Below are positions 1 to 12,856 of a stretch of 64,000 nt of DNA, in pieces. Position numbers and translations under genes: made by a program. Origin of the DNA: Antedon mediterranea. Taxonomy: Eukaryota > Animalia > Echinodermata. Position 1 is the stretch's first letter. Every line of letters starts with the position of its first letter. A model generated the notes under the pieces. It saw only the letters and a program-made list of their open reading frames with translations, was not told where the DNA came from and ran no database searches. The stretch covers positions 18,535,648 through 18,599,647 of the forward strand of contig NC_092673.1 of the NCBI RefSeq assembly GCF_964355755.1, given 5' to 3'.

Positions 1-1172
1 GCACTTCTTGTACTTCGAAATATGACCAGCTTTATTGTTGGGGCTGAGCTAAGAAAATCTTTAAAACTAGAGCTGCAAGTCTTCAAAAAATTGCATTTTA
101 TACTTTGGAAACATCAGGCCTAGAGGCTTAAAAAAACGCAAGTAGACCTTTTTCAGTCGGGGAAATAAGTTTATTCCTCCCAAGTGTATGCGTGCGTACC
201 ATCTGGACTTCCGAGTGGTGAGAAATTCATGACATAGGCCTACAGGTCATTGAAAATGTAATAACTTAGCTATAGTAAGATGTTTGCTAAGCGAAAATGG
301 CACGTTTTTTTTGTTTAGTAATGGATGAAAAATTTATTTTAGGTGCCCCACGGTACAGAAGGTTACTTGTAAATTAAAAAATTGGTGAACATACGAACAA
401 TTAACTTAATTCGTTTTTGCTGTAGTGTAGCGTACGTCGACACAGTACACGACGTAACCGTCGGTAAACTTCGCCTGGAAAATAACTACAGTACACATTT
501 TGGTCCCTGGATGGAACATGATATCACGCGTCTCGACCCAACGTTGAACGATTCGTACAAAGGGATACTGCCAGACAAGTGCGTACCTAGCTATTGTTTA
601 GTAGTAAGTTAGATCGCTGGCAATAATGAATGCATATCGAGTGCATAATATCACTCTGACGTACTCTCACGGTCAATGAAACGTCGCGGTTTTGTAGGCG
701 CTGAAGCTAGCTACGAAGTGAACGCGAACGCTTTTTACTGTATATTATATTCCCCGACAAAAAGTACCCGTGTTCCCTTCGGTAACCGTCGGTAAACTTC
801 GCCTGGAAAATAACTACATTACACATTTTGGTCCCTGGATGGAACTTGATATTACGCGTCTCGACCCAACGTTGAACGATTCGTACAAAGGAATACCGCC
901 AGACAAGTGCGTACCTAGCTAATGTTTAGTAGTAAGTTAGATCGCTGGCAATAATGAATGCATAAAAGTGCATAATAGCCCTCTGACGTACTCTCACGGT
1001 CAATGGAACGTCGTGGTTTTCTAGGCGCTGAAGCTGTATGAAGTGAACGCGAACGTTTTTTACTGTATATTATATTCCCCGACAAAAAGTACCCGTGTTC
1101 CCCGACGCGGGGGCTAGGCTCCCCGACGAGGGGGCTAGAGCCCCCGTAGCCCCCCCGCTGGCGCCACCACTG
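1..1172. mobile_element. Non-autonomous TIR DNA transposon (hAT-like), right part of copy 1; contains an internal ~330-bp direct repeat (~455-780 / ~783-1100)
   Basis: Ends in CTGGCGCCACCACTG (1158-1172), the near-exact reverse complement of CAGGGGTGGCGCCAG that starts the copy at 62742. Bases 1-~860 match 63181-64000 with scattered differences. Confidence 0.75.
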
Positions 1173-1349
1173 GTGTCTTCTAGTACAGGTGCATGCAACC
1201 AAGGTATTAGGCAAGGTTAATACTCTTTAGTAGTACATATATAAATATATATAATAAATTTAGGTTTTTTTAATACAGATACAATGCAACATTTTCACCG
1301 GAAATGTTTTGAATATGTGACCTACTATTCCCTACTATTCTACTCACAG

Positions 1350-1591
1350 ACTAGAATCGTCATGGTCAATAAAAACAATAACATCGTTGTATTGTCACGA
1401 TATTATTGCTCTTACTGACCATAACGTCATTTGATTGCACATGTGAAAATATTATTTTCATCAAAGGCAGCATATGTGGTTATCCTATAGTTCTAGTATT
1501 AAAACTTTTTAGATTTTCTTTGTTTTATGTATAAAAAATGCACATTTACCTAATTATCGTCGATTGTTATCGTCCTAGTGTAAATGGGCCT
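1350..1591. mobile_element. Right half of a Harbinger-like MITE (same family as 43358-43718)
   Basis: Ends TTATCGTCGATTGTTATCGTCCTAGTGTAAATGGGCCT, matching the right TIR at ~43682-43718. The internal sequence is also shared. Confidence 0.65.
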
Positions 1592-1743
1592 TTATTTCGA
1601 GTTTAGGGTGATAGAAGATTTTTTTTTATCATTGTCAGTGCTGTCATAGTTTTGCACAATATATATTTTAAATCAAACTCATTTTGATTTGAATCAGTGA
1701 AAATAATCATTGTCCAAATAATGGCCAGTAATTTTATTTGCAG

Positions 1744-2295
1744 ATTCTAAAACCTACAACAATTTCCGAATTCTAAAAGCTAGTCTTGGTAAATGCTTTG
1801 TCGGTGAAAGATACCGTTGGATAAGGTTCCTACTATTTGATAAGTTGGATGTCAGTGAAATTACAAATATAGATTTCAATGGATATGACTTACTCAATCA
1901 CCTTGAACACAAAGGTTTAATCTCACCAACTAATGTTAACTTGCTGTTAGAGATTACAAATACATCTGAAATCCAACAGGCCAAAGATCTTGTATCAAAG
2001 TATATGAGAAACAACAACATTCAGAATAGACATACTGGTAAAACCAAGTTGTCGTCTTACAGAAAGCGACTGTTCAAGGCCCTGAAACAAGTTGACCCAG
2101 ATGCATTCAGTAACATTATTTCTTTCTACAAGTTAAGAAAATATAGCTTCTCCAATGTTTGGGATGCAGTTCTCCATCTGGAGAAAGAGGAAGAATTAGC
2201 AGATGATCCAGACAAAATACAAATATTTGCAGATCGTCTTGGAGGAAAAGCAAGAAAAATACTGTTGGAGTATAATGTTGTTACAGAATTTGAAG
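1744..2295 (+). CDS. Gene 1 internal exon: tandem death-effector-domain (DED)-like module #1 (phase 1-1, 552 nt)
   Basis: Acceptor ttttatttgcag|, donor GAAG|gtaatt. Open frame SKTYNNFRILKASL...FLLFDKL...DLLNHLEHKGLISPTNVNLLLEI...LSSYRKRLFKAL...WDAVLHLEK resembles the DED1-DED2 pattern of caspase-8/cFLIP prodomains. Confidence 0.8.
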
Positions 2296-2379
2296 GTAAT
2301 TGTAATGTAACTATTCACATCTTTCATTTGTTTTAAAATTTTATATGATGTTAATTTAGTTTTTAAAAAAAAACATGAA

Positions 2380-2765
2380 AAATATTCCAATTGAACAGTC
2401 AAATGAGTTAATGAGTTTCCTATTTTTACATGCGCTGATAATTGGTTGTACATCAAATATATGACGTCATATATATTATTTACGCCTATTCTTCTTAATT
2501 TTAATAATATAAAATTATGATTTATGCTGTCAAAGGCATGTTTGAGATCAACGAAGCAACACAATATTCTACCCTTTTTTTTACTTAAATATTGTTGAAT
2601 TATGCTGTTAAGAATGAAAATATTATTTAATGTGCGTAATCTCTTGCGAAAACCTGATTTTTCTTGATAAATAATGTTATTGTTTTCAGTATGGTTAGTC
2701 ATTCTAGTGTTAAGGATGTTTAAAAATATTTTGGCAAGAATTGGAATTAGAGAAATGCCCCTATA
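2380..2765 (-). mobile_element. Degenerate non-LTR retrotransposon RT fragment
   Basis: Minus-strand translation SGFRK..RTLNNIFILNSIIQQYLSKKKGRILCCFVDLKHAFDSINH gives LINE RT motifs. The same fragment with the same junction occurs at ~57297-57670. Confidence 0.8.
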
Positions 2766-3869
2766 TTAAATACTAGGCTAGGCCATGGAGGAACCCTCCA
2801 TGGCTAGGCTTACCAAATATTTATTTTGTTTCCAAATTTAGCACCAGCTGAACCACTGTTTCAATAGAAAAAAAAAATAGTCCTTGGCTGTACTGCTAAT
2901 AACTAATTGTACTGTATATTCAGTACATTGGGTGGAGTTCTAAACACCAAGCCCTTCCAAGTCCCACAAAGTATAACTAAGCTCTTACCAAGTGTATAAA
3001 GTGTATATTTTACAAAATATTTAAATTATACAAGCATGCAGAGTGTTAATAGGATTTTAATCAATAAATAAATTTAGAGCAATTATGACACATTGTACAT
3101 TCTAGGCTGATGGATTATTTAAATTTTTTTATTATTATTATTTTACAAAAGTAAAGACATGCATTCACTTTATGTCCACTGCCTCCGCAGGAAAAGTATA
3201 TTATTTATTAAGTTTGGTTTTGCTCTTGTCAGCATCATAATGTTATCAGACAATACATTTTCCTTACTAAATCTTTTTGTTGCGGTTCTTCAATTCTTCT
3301 TCGATTTAGTGTGAATGTCATTTACTCCTGTACTATTCGGTGAGGTTGAATATTTTAAAGCATGAATTTATTCCATACATATGAGCCTAAAAGAGCATAA
3401 AAATGACTGTTAAAAATAGGATATTAGTAAGCTGTCTCCTAAGGCGTTGTTGCATATCATTCCACTCTTAAACTATATTCTGTAATTGATTCATCATACA
3501 CTTCATATAACAAGGTAAGTTTAATATATACAGCCTGATGTAGTATGCCTCTTTACCTTTATCTGGAGTGCCACGCATGACGAGCTGCAGGCTCTGATCA
3601 TCAATGTGGATTACAAATTTCTGAGTACGCTTTCGAGTTGGGCGCATCGTCTGTTGGTGTTGCCTTGCCAGTTATTGTGTCTGTCAATTTCAATCCGGCC
3701 AGATGGGCTAGTAGAAAATGAGTGGACCATAATTCATAATGTTCTGCTTCCCCGTCAAAATTCATTCATTCATTCATTCTGCTTTTATTCAATATTTCTC
3801 TTTGCAGTATTTTATTTTATTTTATTTTATTTTTATTTATTCAATCAAAACCAACAGCGATAAATACCG

Positions 3870-4210
3870 CCACTAACAGGTTTGAAACATAAAACAATAC
3901 AACATCAAAAACGGTTAACAATAAAATACAGATAAAATATATATATATATATATATAAAACATAGATTGTCATGCCATAAAAAATTTCAATTAAAACAGG
4001 TTATGCAGACTGTTCAAGAAGTGAACACATCATCGTCCTCTTAAAATAACCAAGTCTATCATTAAAAATATCGATATGATTGCTATTTAGATTATTAAAT
4101 GTATAAGGTAGTCTATGAAAAAGTCCCCTCTTAGTACAGTCGACACGGCTAAAAGGAATATGCAATAAATGTCTATTTCGTGTACGACCAGGAACATTTA
4201 AACTAAATAG
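3870..4210 (-). mobile_element. Probable 3' remnant of a CR1-group LINE
   Basis: Minus strand reads ...HIPFSRVDCTKRGLFHRLPYTFNNL...DIF, typical of a CR1-like ORF2 C-terminus, followed by an A-rich tail. Confidence 0.45.
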
Positions 4211-4369
4211 TATATATAAAATAAAACTGAATTGCGAGAGATTTACATATAAAATTGGTACAAGCTTTCAAACATCAAAATTTACAACATTAAAAAGTTA
4301 AAAAGTTAAAAAAAAAATATTTTTAAAAAGGAGATATTACACATGGAGGAAACTGATGAAAGTACTTAT

Positions 4370-6915
4370 TACTTATTATTATTATTATTGTTGTGTTTAT
4401 TTTGGTTTATTAATTAGTCTACACAGTGCTGGGAAACATGAGTTGTTGAATCTTTTAGTATTGCCATATATTTCACTTTGCTTCTTAGCATTCCTAAGTA
4501 TCCTGCCACACGTTTCGCCTCTCAAGTTAGGGACGATTTTGTTAAGATTTTTAGCAAAATCAAGAAGAATATCTTCTCTTCTTTGATCTAAAAATTTAAG
4601 ATTAAGTAGTTTAATTGCTTGATCATAGGATGCATATTTTTGTCCGAGAATTATTCTACATGCGCGTTTCTGTATAGATTCAAGCTCCATGGATTGTGCT
4701 ATGGTTAAGGCAGAGTGCTATACCGGACACGCATATTCAGTTACAGGTCTTATGTGGCTAATATACATTTGACGCAGATGGTTACAAGGCATTCCAAATC
4801 TTTTTAAACATGTCAACATATGTAATCTCTTACTGGCTCTATTAACAACATCGTGGATATGCATATTCCATTTCAGATCATTAGTGATCTGAATCCCAAG
4901 TAACTTTAAGCATTCAACATTGGTTATTTTTATATTATTTATCGTAAATGATTTAACAGTGGGTTGAGATTTGGCAAAAGAAATGTTCATAAAGTTAGTT
5001 TTTTCAATATTAATTATCATATTATTGTCTTTGGTCCATTGTGATAGTTCGTTTAATTGATCTTGAACATTAGGCGGGGTTTTCTTGTTGTGAACTTCAC
5101 ATATTGACAAATCATCTACATACTTCCACCGATTTGGGAAGTCTCTAAGCGAATTGTTAACCATTACTTGGAAAATTAAGGGACCCAGTTTCGTCCCCTG
5201 AGGAACTCCGCAAGTTATTCCTTGCCAGTTTGAAAAACCGCCATTGAGTTTCACTCTCTGTTTACGTTCGCTCAGAAAATCACAAATCCACGGCATCAAT
5301 TCAGGTTGAACTCCAATATCAATTAACTTCTTGACAGCGATTGTATGATCAATTAGGTCAAACGCTTTACGAAAATCAACTGCAATAACCGTTGCTTCGT
5401 GTCCAGGTTTATCAAGACCTTGAAGTAAATAGTGTAACATGCTAGTAAGATAGTGACTTGTAGACGCTCCTGTGCGATTTCCAAATTGCATTTCATCTAA
5501 TTTAGGCGCGATCTTGGGTTTTATCCATGACGAGACAAAGTGTTCTAGCATGCGTACAAAAATTGGTGTAATGGATATGGGTCTGATTTGATTTAAGTTA
5601 ACCGGTCCTTTCATTTTAGGAAGTGGGGTTATGGTCGCCTCTTTCCACTTGCGCGGGACTATGCCTTGCGAGAGTGATGCGTTGTAGATGTCAACTAACG
5701 GTGATGCAATTTCAAATGCGAATTCTTTGATGACGCGAGGCGGTAGATCAACCGGGGCAACTGATTTGTTGCAGTTTATTTTCTGAAGCTGATGATACAC
5801 CTGCCAGAAGTTGAGTGTCGGTGCATAGCCACAAGGAAGGTATGATGGTAGACTATTAGTTTGTAGGGGTTCAATCTTCTGGCATATATTCGCTAGGTAG
5901 TTATTTATTAGTTCGCAAATTTTAAGCGGATCGGTTTCTTCAGTTTCTAGATTCAACACCGATTTCTTTTTATTTGTACCGCATATTTGGTTAACTTTTT
6001 GGAACCACTGCTTTGCGTTAGTGTTTTGCAGATTGTTAACTTCGTATTTGTAGTATTTAATCTTTGCTTGTTTGATTTCCCAAATTACTTGGTTTCTAAG
6101 TGTACGGAAATGGCGGGACATTCTTCCATATTTATGAAAGCTAATTTGTCTCTCCTTACAAAGTCCTTTTATTTTTGGTGTGATCCATGGTTTGTCATTT
6201 GAATGAACTTTAATTCTGCGCTTTGGAAAACAACGTTCGTATGCCAGACATAATGTTGATTCGAAAATATTTACTTTTTCATCAAGGTCGTCGGTTTCCA
6301 GTATTTCATGCCAATCTTGTGATGTTATCCATTGACCAAATCTATTGCAAGCAGATTCGCTAAAAGGCCAGAAAGACTTAATAACATTGCGGCCCTTAAT
6401 GCAGACGAATCCAGGTTTTGGTTTCCATAAAATCGAATTATGGTCACTACGACCAAAGGGTGCATGAACAACCGGTTCTTCATAATGTTGATAAGTTAGT
6501 TATAAGCAAGTCCAGAATATTACCACTGTTGTCCCTAGTTGAAGTTTTGACAACTTGTCGAAGACCAGTTGACGAGCAAAATTGTTTAACTTTCGCGCGG
6601 GCTTCGTTAAAATCACCGCTAATGAGAATCGCCGCTGACGGTGATGATGTTCTAATGCTTTCAACGGATTCTCTTAAATAACGAAGAAGTGTTGTTTGTG
6701 TACTAACTGGTTGTCCAGGGCTGTAATAAATAATACACAAATGTAAGGATGACATGATCCGTGGCGTTTTTGGTAGCGATACTCTAATCCACATACCTTC
6801 CAGAACATCTGGAATAGGAATAGGATTGATTGTGCGAGCTTTGATAGTATCCTTAATTAGTGCAGCTACGCCACCCCCTATACGATCACTCCGTCCACTA
6901 CTAAAACAAGAGTTA
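4370..6915 (-). mobile_element. 5'-truncated CR1/L2-group LINE (APE endonuclease + RT), inactivated by stops
   Basis: APE motifs GDFN, ILDLLITN and SDH (~6440-6800). RT motifs VDFRKAFD, GVPQGTKLGP and KYVDD (ORF 4718-6121). Premature stops at 4718 and 6480. (TAA)n tail near 4370-4390. Confidence 0.9.
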
Positions 6916-7146
6916 AAAAATAAAGTCGCTTAGAGCTTGTGATGCTGGGCCCATAACCTGTTGTATCCAGCTCGGCCATTTTAGGTTAGGTCCTAAGGAC
7001 ACCAACACTCAATTGAAATTAATTGCAAAAATAGTATTTCTATGCTATGTACGCTATGTGCACTAAAGTGTGTGTACAGTGCAAACAATTTTGTTATGCT
7101 CAAAATTAAAGTCTGCGAAATTGATTTTGAGCATTTTAACACACCA

Positions 7147-7958
7147 TTTTTAGTCGCGTGGAAGCGACTCTATAGTTCACTATGTTGGTCGGTCTGTCTG
7201 TCTGTCGGTCTGTCTGTCGGTCTGTCTGGCGGTCTGTCGGTCCGGTATCACTATGCGTTTTATCGCTTTCTGACCTTATCTTGATATCAGTTTAATCTAG
7301 CTAGATCAATTTTTCACAGTATATTCCTTATGGCCAGGAATCAATGTGGTTATGTTTTCACGGTGCGCAATAAAAAATTACGCGGTCTACGCACGATTTA
7401 ACGAAATCACGTTTGTAATCATATCTTCACAACCATGAATCACAATTAAATAAAATTTGGTACTCATAAATTTCAGGGCATAAAATATCATCATATGGCA
7501 ATACAATCGCGTGCGTAGCGCATGTAACGCATGCGTACGCGCGCTTAACATTTTCAAAATTTATTTTCGATGAAATAAGAGTACATTTCAGGCAATTTTA
7601 AGCGTTTACAAAATTGCCATGAGTGCGCATATTTTTGCGCGCGCACTGCGCGTTAAATGTTATTACGCACTCTTTTTGCCCGATTTCTGTTTTCTTGACT
7701 TACTTTTCAACTCGAAATTACGTTATACGAGCACGTCGAAAGTGACAGGCTACGCACGTGTAAATTTAAAAAAATAAATGTTTTTAAACATTTCAACATT
7801 TTTAAACATGTTCAGTAATTTCGGTCAGTATAGTTCACTATGTCGGTCGGTCGGTCTCTCTGTCTGTCTGTCTGTCTGTCGGTCTGTCTGTTGGTCTGTC
7901 GGTCAGTCCAGTATCACTATGCATTGTAGCACGCGACTTAATGGCTGTTGGCCTTGTT
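7147..7958 (+). mobile_element. DINE-1/HINE-like non-autonomous Helentron
   Basis: T-run start, subterminal IR AGTCGCGTG (7152) / CACGCGACT (7930), (GTCY)n microsatellites in both core repeats, 3' hairpin GGCTGTTGGCC followed by TTGTT. Confidence 0.75.
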
Positions 7959-8176
7959 ATTTTATAAAAGAGGCATTCCACATTAATTGCGACATAAGTT
8001 GACAATTTTAAAATTGTGTATTGTGCTGTACATAAATAAAATGCATAATCTTAAAACAATATGATTAACATTAACAATAGTTACGATAACTAACTTATGC
8101 TTATTAATTATACAAGAGGTTCCCACTTTGTGTTGGGCCATTGGCACATGGTTTCCTGTTTGGCTGTATGCCACAT

Positions 8177-8266
8177 ATAGTTCACTATGTCGGTCGGTCG
8201 GTCTGTCTGTCGGTCCGGTATCACTATGCGTTTTAGCACGCGACTTATGGCTGTTGGCCTTGTTTT
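8177..8266 (+). mobile_element. 3' fragment of the same DINE/HINE-like family
   Basis: ATAGTTCACTATG-(GTCY)n-...CACGCGACTTATGGCTGTTGGCCTTGTTTT has the same design as the end of 7147-7958. Confidence 0.7.
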
Positions 8267-9743
8267 ATATATATATACTGTATATTTCTATTGGAAACTT
8301 ACTTATACTTTAGAACCAGGGAACTATTTTAATTAAATTGATAATCGTCAACATGAAAAACATTTACAAATTTTTGCTGATTTTACAGTACAAATATTTT
8401 ACAAAATTGTGTTGATTTCTTAAGGTGTTCTTGTTGATTTTTGTGGTTTGCATTATTTATTTGCGGTTCGACACAATTATCTTCCAAAATTTCTATTTTC
8501 TTGTTTCATTTCGATGACTTTTAATACAGGCTATATATGGTTTGACCTTGAACAAATTCTAATAAAAGGTCTTTTGGTATTTTCTTGTAGCTTTAGGTGT
8601 GAATAATTACCAAATAATTTTGCAGCCTTCTAGTTGCTGTGTTAGTGAGATATTCAAGGTCAAAGGTCAGTGACCTTTTTTGTGGCATTTGATGGCTCAT
8701 AACTCCTCAACTCCTGGGTTTAAAAAGACAAATGTGGTGTCTTCATCTATGTTTTAGTGGTCAAACAAAAAAATAAAGTTTTTGCAAATTTCGGGTTACA
8801 TAGGATACATGTCACATAGCCTGTACTGATTTATCATGTTAATATTTAGAATTATTTTAAAACATACCGCTTGTGTGTGAAGGTACAGTAGTTAAAAAAT
8901 AGAAATTATACTGCAAATTAATAAAGTTCAAATTAAATATATGCCCCATAAAGAATCGGAATATATTGTGGGGAATAGTATTATAAAATTACATAGGGAG
9001 ATTTGATGATAAGACATTGTTTTTAAAATCGAGTGAAATCCCGATAGCTGAGTTTTATTGAGTAAGCTGGCAGGAATAACTGTAGGCTATCTTCCTTTGT
9101 CCCGTTAGGACAGAGATGTCTGCCCATGTTGCAAGCCGTAATGTCTTCTTTCTTGGGCCCACTCTGTTACGGCAGTTATTTTCAAAAGATGTTTAAATTA
9201 AATAATGTATTAATAATTATTAGGATGGTATTTATTGGAATAAACGCCTCTCCAATAAATCATCACTTTGAATAATAATCCACCCCCCCCCCCCCACAAC
9301 CCAACTATCTAATAAACGTCCATCCACATTTATAATAACACAATTATACTATTTGTAGTAGAATTCATCGCACTGTTTTCTACAATTTACCAAGCATTTG
9401 TTATTCTTTTTTACCACTTTTCATATCTATTAGAGGATTTCATTTGATTATAAATGTTACCATATTATTAAAACTAAAAAATTTAACATATATCCCTCGA
9501 ATAAGCACCTCCCTCAAATGAACTCCGCCTCCCCAAAGGGCCCTACCAAACAATAAACACTATACTTTAAAATGCTATTAATCATCTAAAACACTGTGAA
9601 ACAAAGCATTTTCAATAATGGTGACAGAAAACGTACACTTCCTAGAGGGGGAGCGAGCGAAGTTAGTTATGTAATGGTAATTTAATTTCAATAAAATAAT
9701 AATTTAATTTAAAGCTGAGAATATATTAACTGAACTTTTATAG

Positions 9744-9806
9744 GCAACAGTGAGAAGGACAAGAATGAGACTACCTCTTCAAGTCAACAATGGCAACCAA
9801 GTGAAG
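9744..9806 (+). CDS. Gene 1 small linker exon (63 nt, phase 1-1): NSEKDKNETTSSSQQWQPSE
   Basis: ttttatag| ... GAAG|gtaaat. Open and frame-preserving between the flanking DED exons. Confidence 0.65.
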
Positions 9807-10383
9807 GTAAATTACTTATAAAGTAGATTAGAGAATGATAGGGATAACAAAATAAGCCTGAATATTATGACAATGTGATAATTGTTATGATGATTTATTT
9901 ATTAATTTATTTTTAAACACCATATTTCAAGAGAGTGACCCAGCCAGCGTGAGCTGATTTGGGCCATCAACAAGACAAAACGGCAAACAAAAACAAAGAA
10001 TTATAAACATTAAAAATAAAGATTTGGACAAGATGATATAAAGATATAATGATAAAGAAGTTGGTGTTAATGAGAATGATATTACTCTAACATTAATAAT
10101 CAAAATATTTCAACAAAAGTATAAATCTGATTATTAAGACAAAAATAAAGGGAGTGGGTAGTTTTGTTGTACTGTAGTTGTTTTCTAAAGTTCTTAAACC
10201 ATTCATGATTTTAACAATAATTAAGAAAACTATGCTAATTATATAAGAAGTTCCCACTTCTGTGTTTGGCCATTGGTTCATGGTTTCCTCAATACAATAC
10301 TGTCTGTCAACTTTTTTGAAAAATTAAAACTTGTTTTTATGCATATATTTTTATATTAAAAACCTGCTTTTCTTTATCCATAG

Positions 10384-10911
10384 ATTTCTCAGAGGATGAT
10401 TTTAAACAGTTGATTGTAGACTTTGCACAATGGTTTGATCAACATGGACTCCTTAACAGGCTACAAGTTCTATTCATCGAAATGGTAGATGACTTTGAAG
10501 CAGTGAGAAGGGTTACCAGTACACGTGACCTGTTAGCACTTTCAATTGCAAGTGGGCTAATAAGTCAAACAAATCTGTCTGTACTGTATGATGCAATAAA
10601 AGTAACTGAACAATTTGGCTTTCAGTCGGTCATTAAAGAAAAGCTTCCTGCTTTCAAGAATATCAAGAAGCGTAAGGTAGCATCATTTTCACCACACACA
10701 AAACAGATTTTTAATTTGGGAAAAAGTCTTAGTGATTCAGATAAAGAAACTCTAGATGGACGATACAACTTCCCTGTTTTTAAGAAGTATGAAAACAGCT
10801 GGAGTCTGATATTAGATTTTGAACCTCGAGGGTTGCTGAGTGAAGACAAACTAGAAGAAGTTAAGGAGGTTCTTAATAGAGGTAATGTTGGAACATCCGG
10901 TTCAAATCCAG
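10384..10911 (+). CDS. Gene 1 internal exon: tandem DED-like module #2 (divergent subtype, 528 nt, phase 1-1)
   Basis: Acceptor tttctttatccatag|, donor CCAG|gtatgt. Frame DFKQLIVDFAQWF...DLLALSIASGLISQTNLSVLYD...FSPHTKQIFNLGKSLSDSD...WSLILDFEPRGLL. A possible alternative donor lies at 10881. Confidence 0.75.
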
Positions 10912-11555
10912 GTATGTTTTATTTATCATGGTAATGATGTAGATTAAGTAATACACACTACTTTTTTCATTGTAACCCATTCACAGCATATATTTTGTGC
11001 TAGAAGTCAGAGTTAAGGATTACACTATTCCCAGTGATAGTGGTTTCCCTGCTTTTGACCCCACTCAGCATTCCACTTCCTTGTGTTGTTTGTTGTGTTT
11101 AAGCGTTTGCTGAACGGAATAAAAAAAGCACAATTAACATCATTGTGCAAATTTGTGTCATGTTGAGCCACCAATTCCTATGTACTGTAGATAAAGATTA
11201 TTAATATATTTATATGATTATTGATATAATGATGATCAAGCTATGATAATGACAAAAGACAAAAAAAAACCCACAACCAAATTTGAATGACATAAATGAA
11301 TGTAGTACATTCAGTTGGTAACTGTATACATTTGAGTGGAAAAATATACAGTAAAAACACAGGGTGTAAATGTGATTATTGTATATATTATGTACTTGCT
11401 TGTGATATAATTATGCTAAACTTGATGTGGTATGGATACAGAAGCTGATGACCACAATAAAGAACAACAATTGAAGGAAATGAACAATCTTGCTTTCTAT
11501 TATAAAAAGGCTTGTATCAATTGCTGTAAATAATTTGAACATTTTCATTCTGCAG

Positions 11556-11600
11556 ATAAAGAGGAGTCAATTGTAGACTCGAAAGGTGAACCAAACTCAG
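11556..11600 (+). CDS. Gene 1 small linker exon (45 nt, phase 1-1): KEESIVDSKGEPNS
   Basis: ttttcattctgcag| ... TCAG|gtatgc. Open and frame-preserving. Confidence 0.65.
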
Positions 11601-11627
11601 GTATGCTATACTATATTTATTATCACT

Positions 11628-11790
11628 GTTGAGTGGCAGAACGGTTGAGACAGTGGAACCATAATTCATAGCCACAATATCGGAAAGGGTTCATTTACTC
11701 GCTCCATTCTTCTGGTGGTAGAACAAGTCTTCTCGGATAGTTAGGACTATAAACTGTAAGCCCAGTATACACAAAATGTTGGTGTGAACC
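11628..11790 (+). mobile_element. Degenerate tRNA-derived SINE
   Basis: A-box-like TGGCAGAACGG and B-box-like GGTTCAT, followed by a body segment GTCTTCTCGGAT...GGACTATAAAC reminiscent of conserved SINE central domains. Confidence 0.45.
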
Positions 11791-12089
11791 TAGTACATTT
11801 TTTAAATTCGACCCTAATCAGTCTCGGCCAAAGTCATGTCGGTTCCGCATCGAGTCGGCTCCTAGTTTAACTTGGCCTCACATCAACTCGGCCTCATGTT
11901 AAAACTCGCCTTCATGCCCAAAACCAATCGGTCAACACGGCGCCAAATCAAGTATGGAACAGAAAAAGTGCAAAAAAGCAAATTGATAAAAAATATTAAA
12001 TATTTCTTCATATATTTTTTAATGAAGTATGACCATAAGAGACTTTTTTACATTAAATAAATTTCAAATTGTACATAACAGAGGCTTAA

Positions 12090-12541
12090 AGCCTGTTTTC
12101 CTGTCGACGTTATTCAACACTATCGTGTAATTGGCAAGAAAAAGTACTTATTTAACTAACAACGATCGACATTGACAATCGCTAGAGTTGAATACAGTTC
12201 AACTCTAGCCGATATCGCAACGCTAAAACGTAAGCATTGACTCATCTTGGCAATACAGCACATGAGGTCACATAATTGATGGGAAAATTCTGCTGACTAC
12301 ATTTATTTTTGTTGCATCGGGATGTGGTCAAAGCTAGGCTTAGCCAAAGTGACTATAAAATCATGTTTCGGAAAGTAGGCATGGGGATATTAGGTAAGTC
12401 TAAGTCTTTAGCCTTGTCCAAAATGCTATTTGGACTAGGATAGGCCTACTGAGAAAAAAGAACCATCTGAGTATCGAGATAGCAGTATGCCTAGGCCACA
12501 CTAGATGATAGCGTCGACTAACGTTGACAGGAAAACAGACT
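12090..12541. mobile_element. PIF/Harbinger-like MITE
   Basis: TIRs AGCCTGTTTTCCTGTCGACGTTA / TAACGTTGACAGGAAAACAGACT, flanked by TAA on both sides. Confidence 0.8.
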
Positions 12542-12586
12542 TAAAAGGGGTTTAGGAAATCGGTCGCGTTTAATTTTGTACTTTAG

Positions 12587-12856
12587 TATATTAAGACAAA
12601 CAAAGTTGAGAATGCTAGCGATATACAGCCATTGTCACCAGTTCGAAAACGGCTTTTTAAAGCCTTTAACAAGTTCAGAAAGAGGATATGGCAAAAGAGA
12701 TTGCTTACTACGAATTGAGAAAATTTGGCTTCCAAAATATTTGGGATGTGGTATTCAAATTAGAGAGAATCGGAGCATTAGAAGATGAACCAAGTAAAAT
12801 AGAGAACTTTGCACTTCGTCTTAATCGACGTGCAAAGGATATACTACTTGATAGAG
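12587..12856 (+). pseudogene. Broken tandem-DED exon (second half only, 1-nt frameshift)
   Basis: YIKTNKVENASDIQPLSPVRKRLFKAF/QVQKEDMAKEIAYYELRKFGFQNIWDVVFKLERIGALEDEPSKIENFALRLNRRAKDILLDR then G|gtac. It aligns by eye with the 3' half of exon 1744-2295. Frameshift near 12668; the 5' half is missing. Confidence 0.8.
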
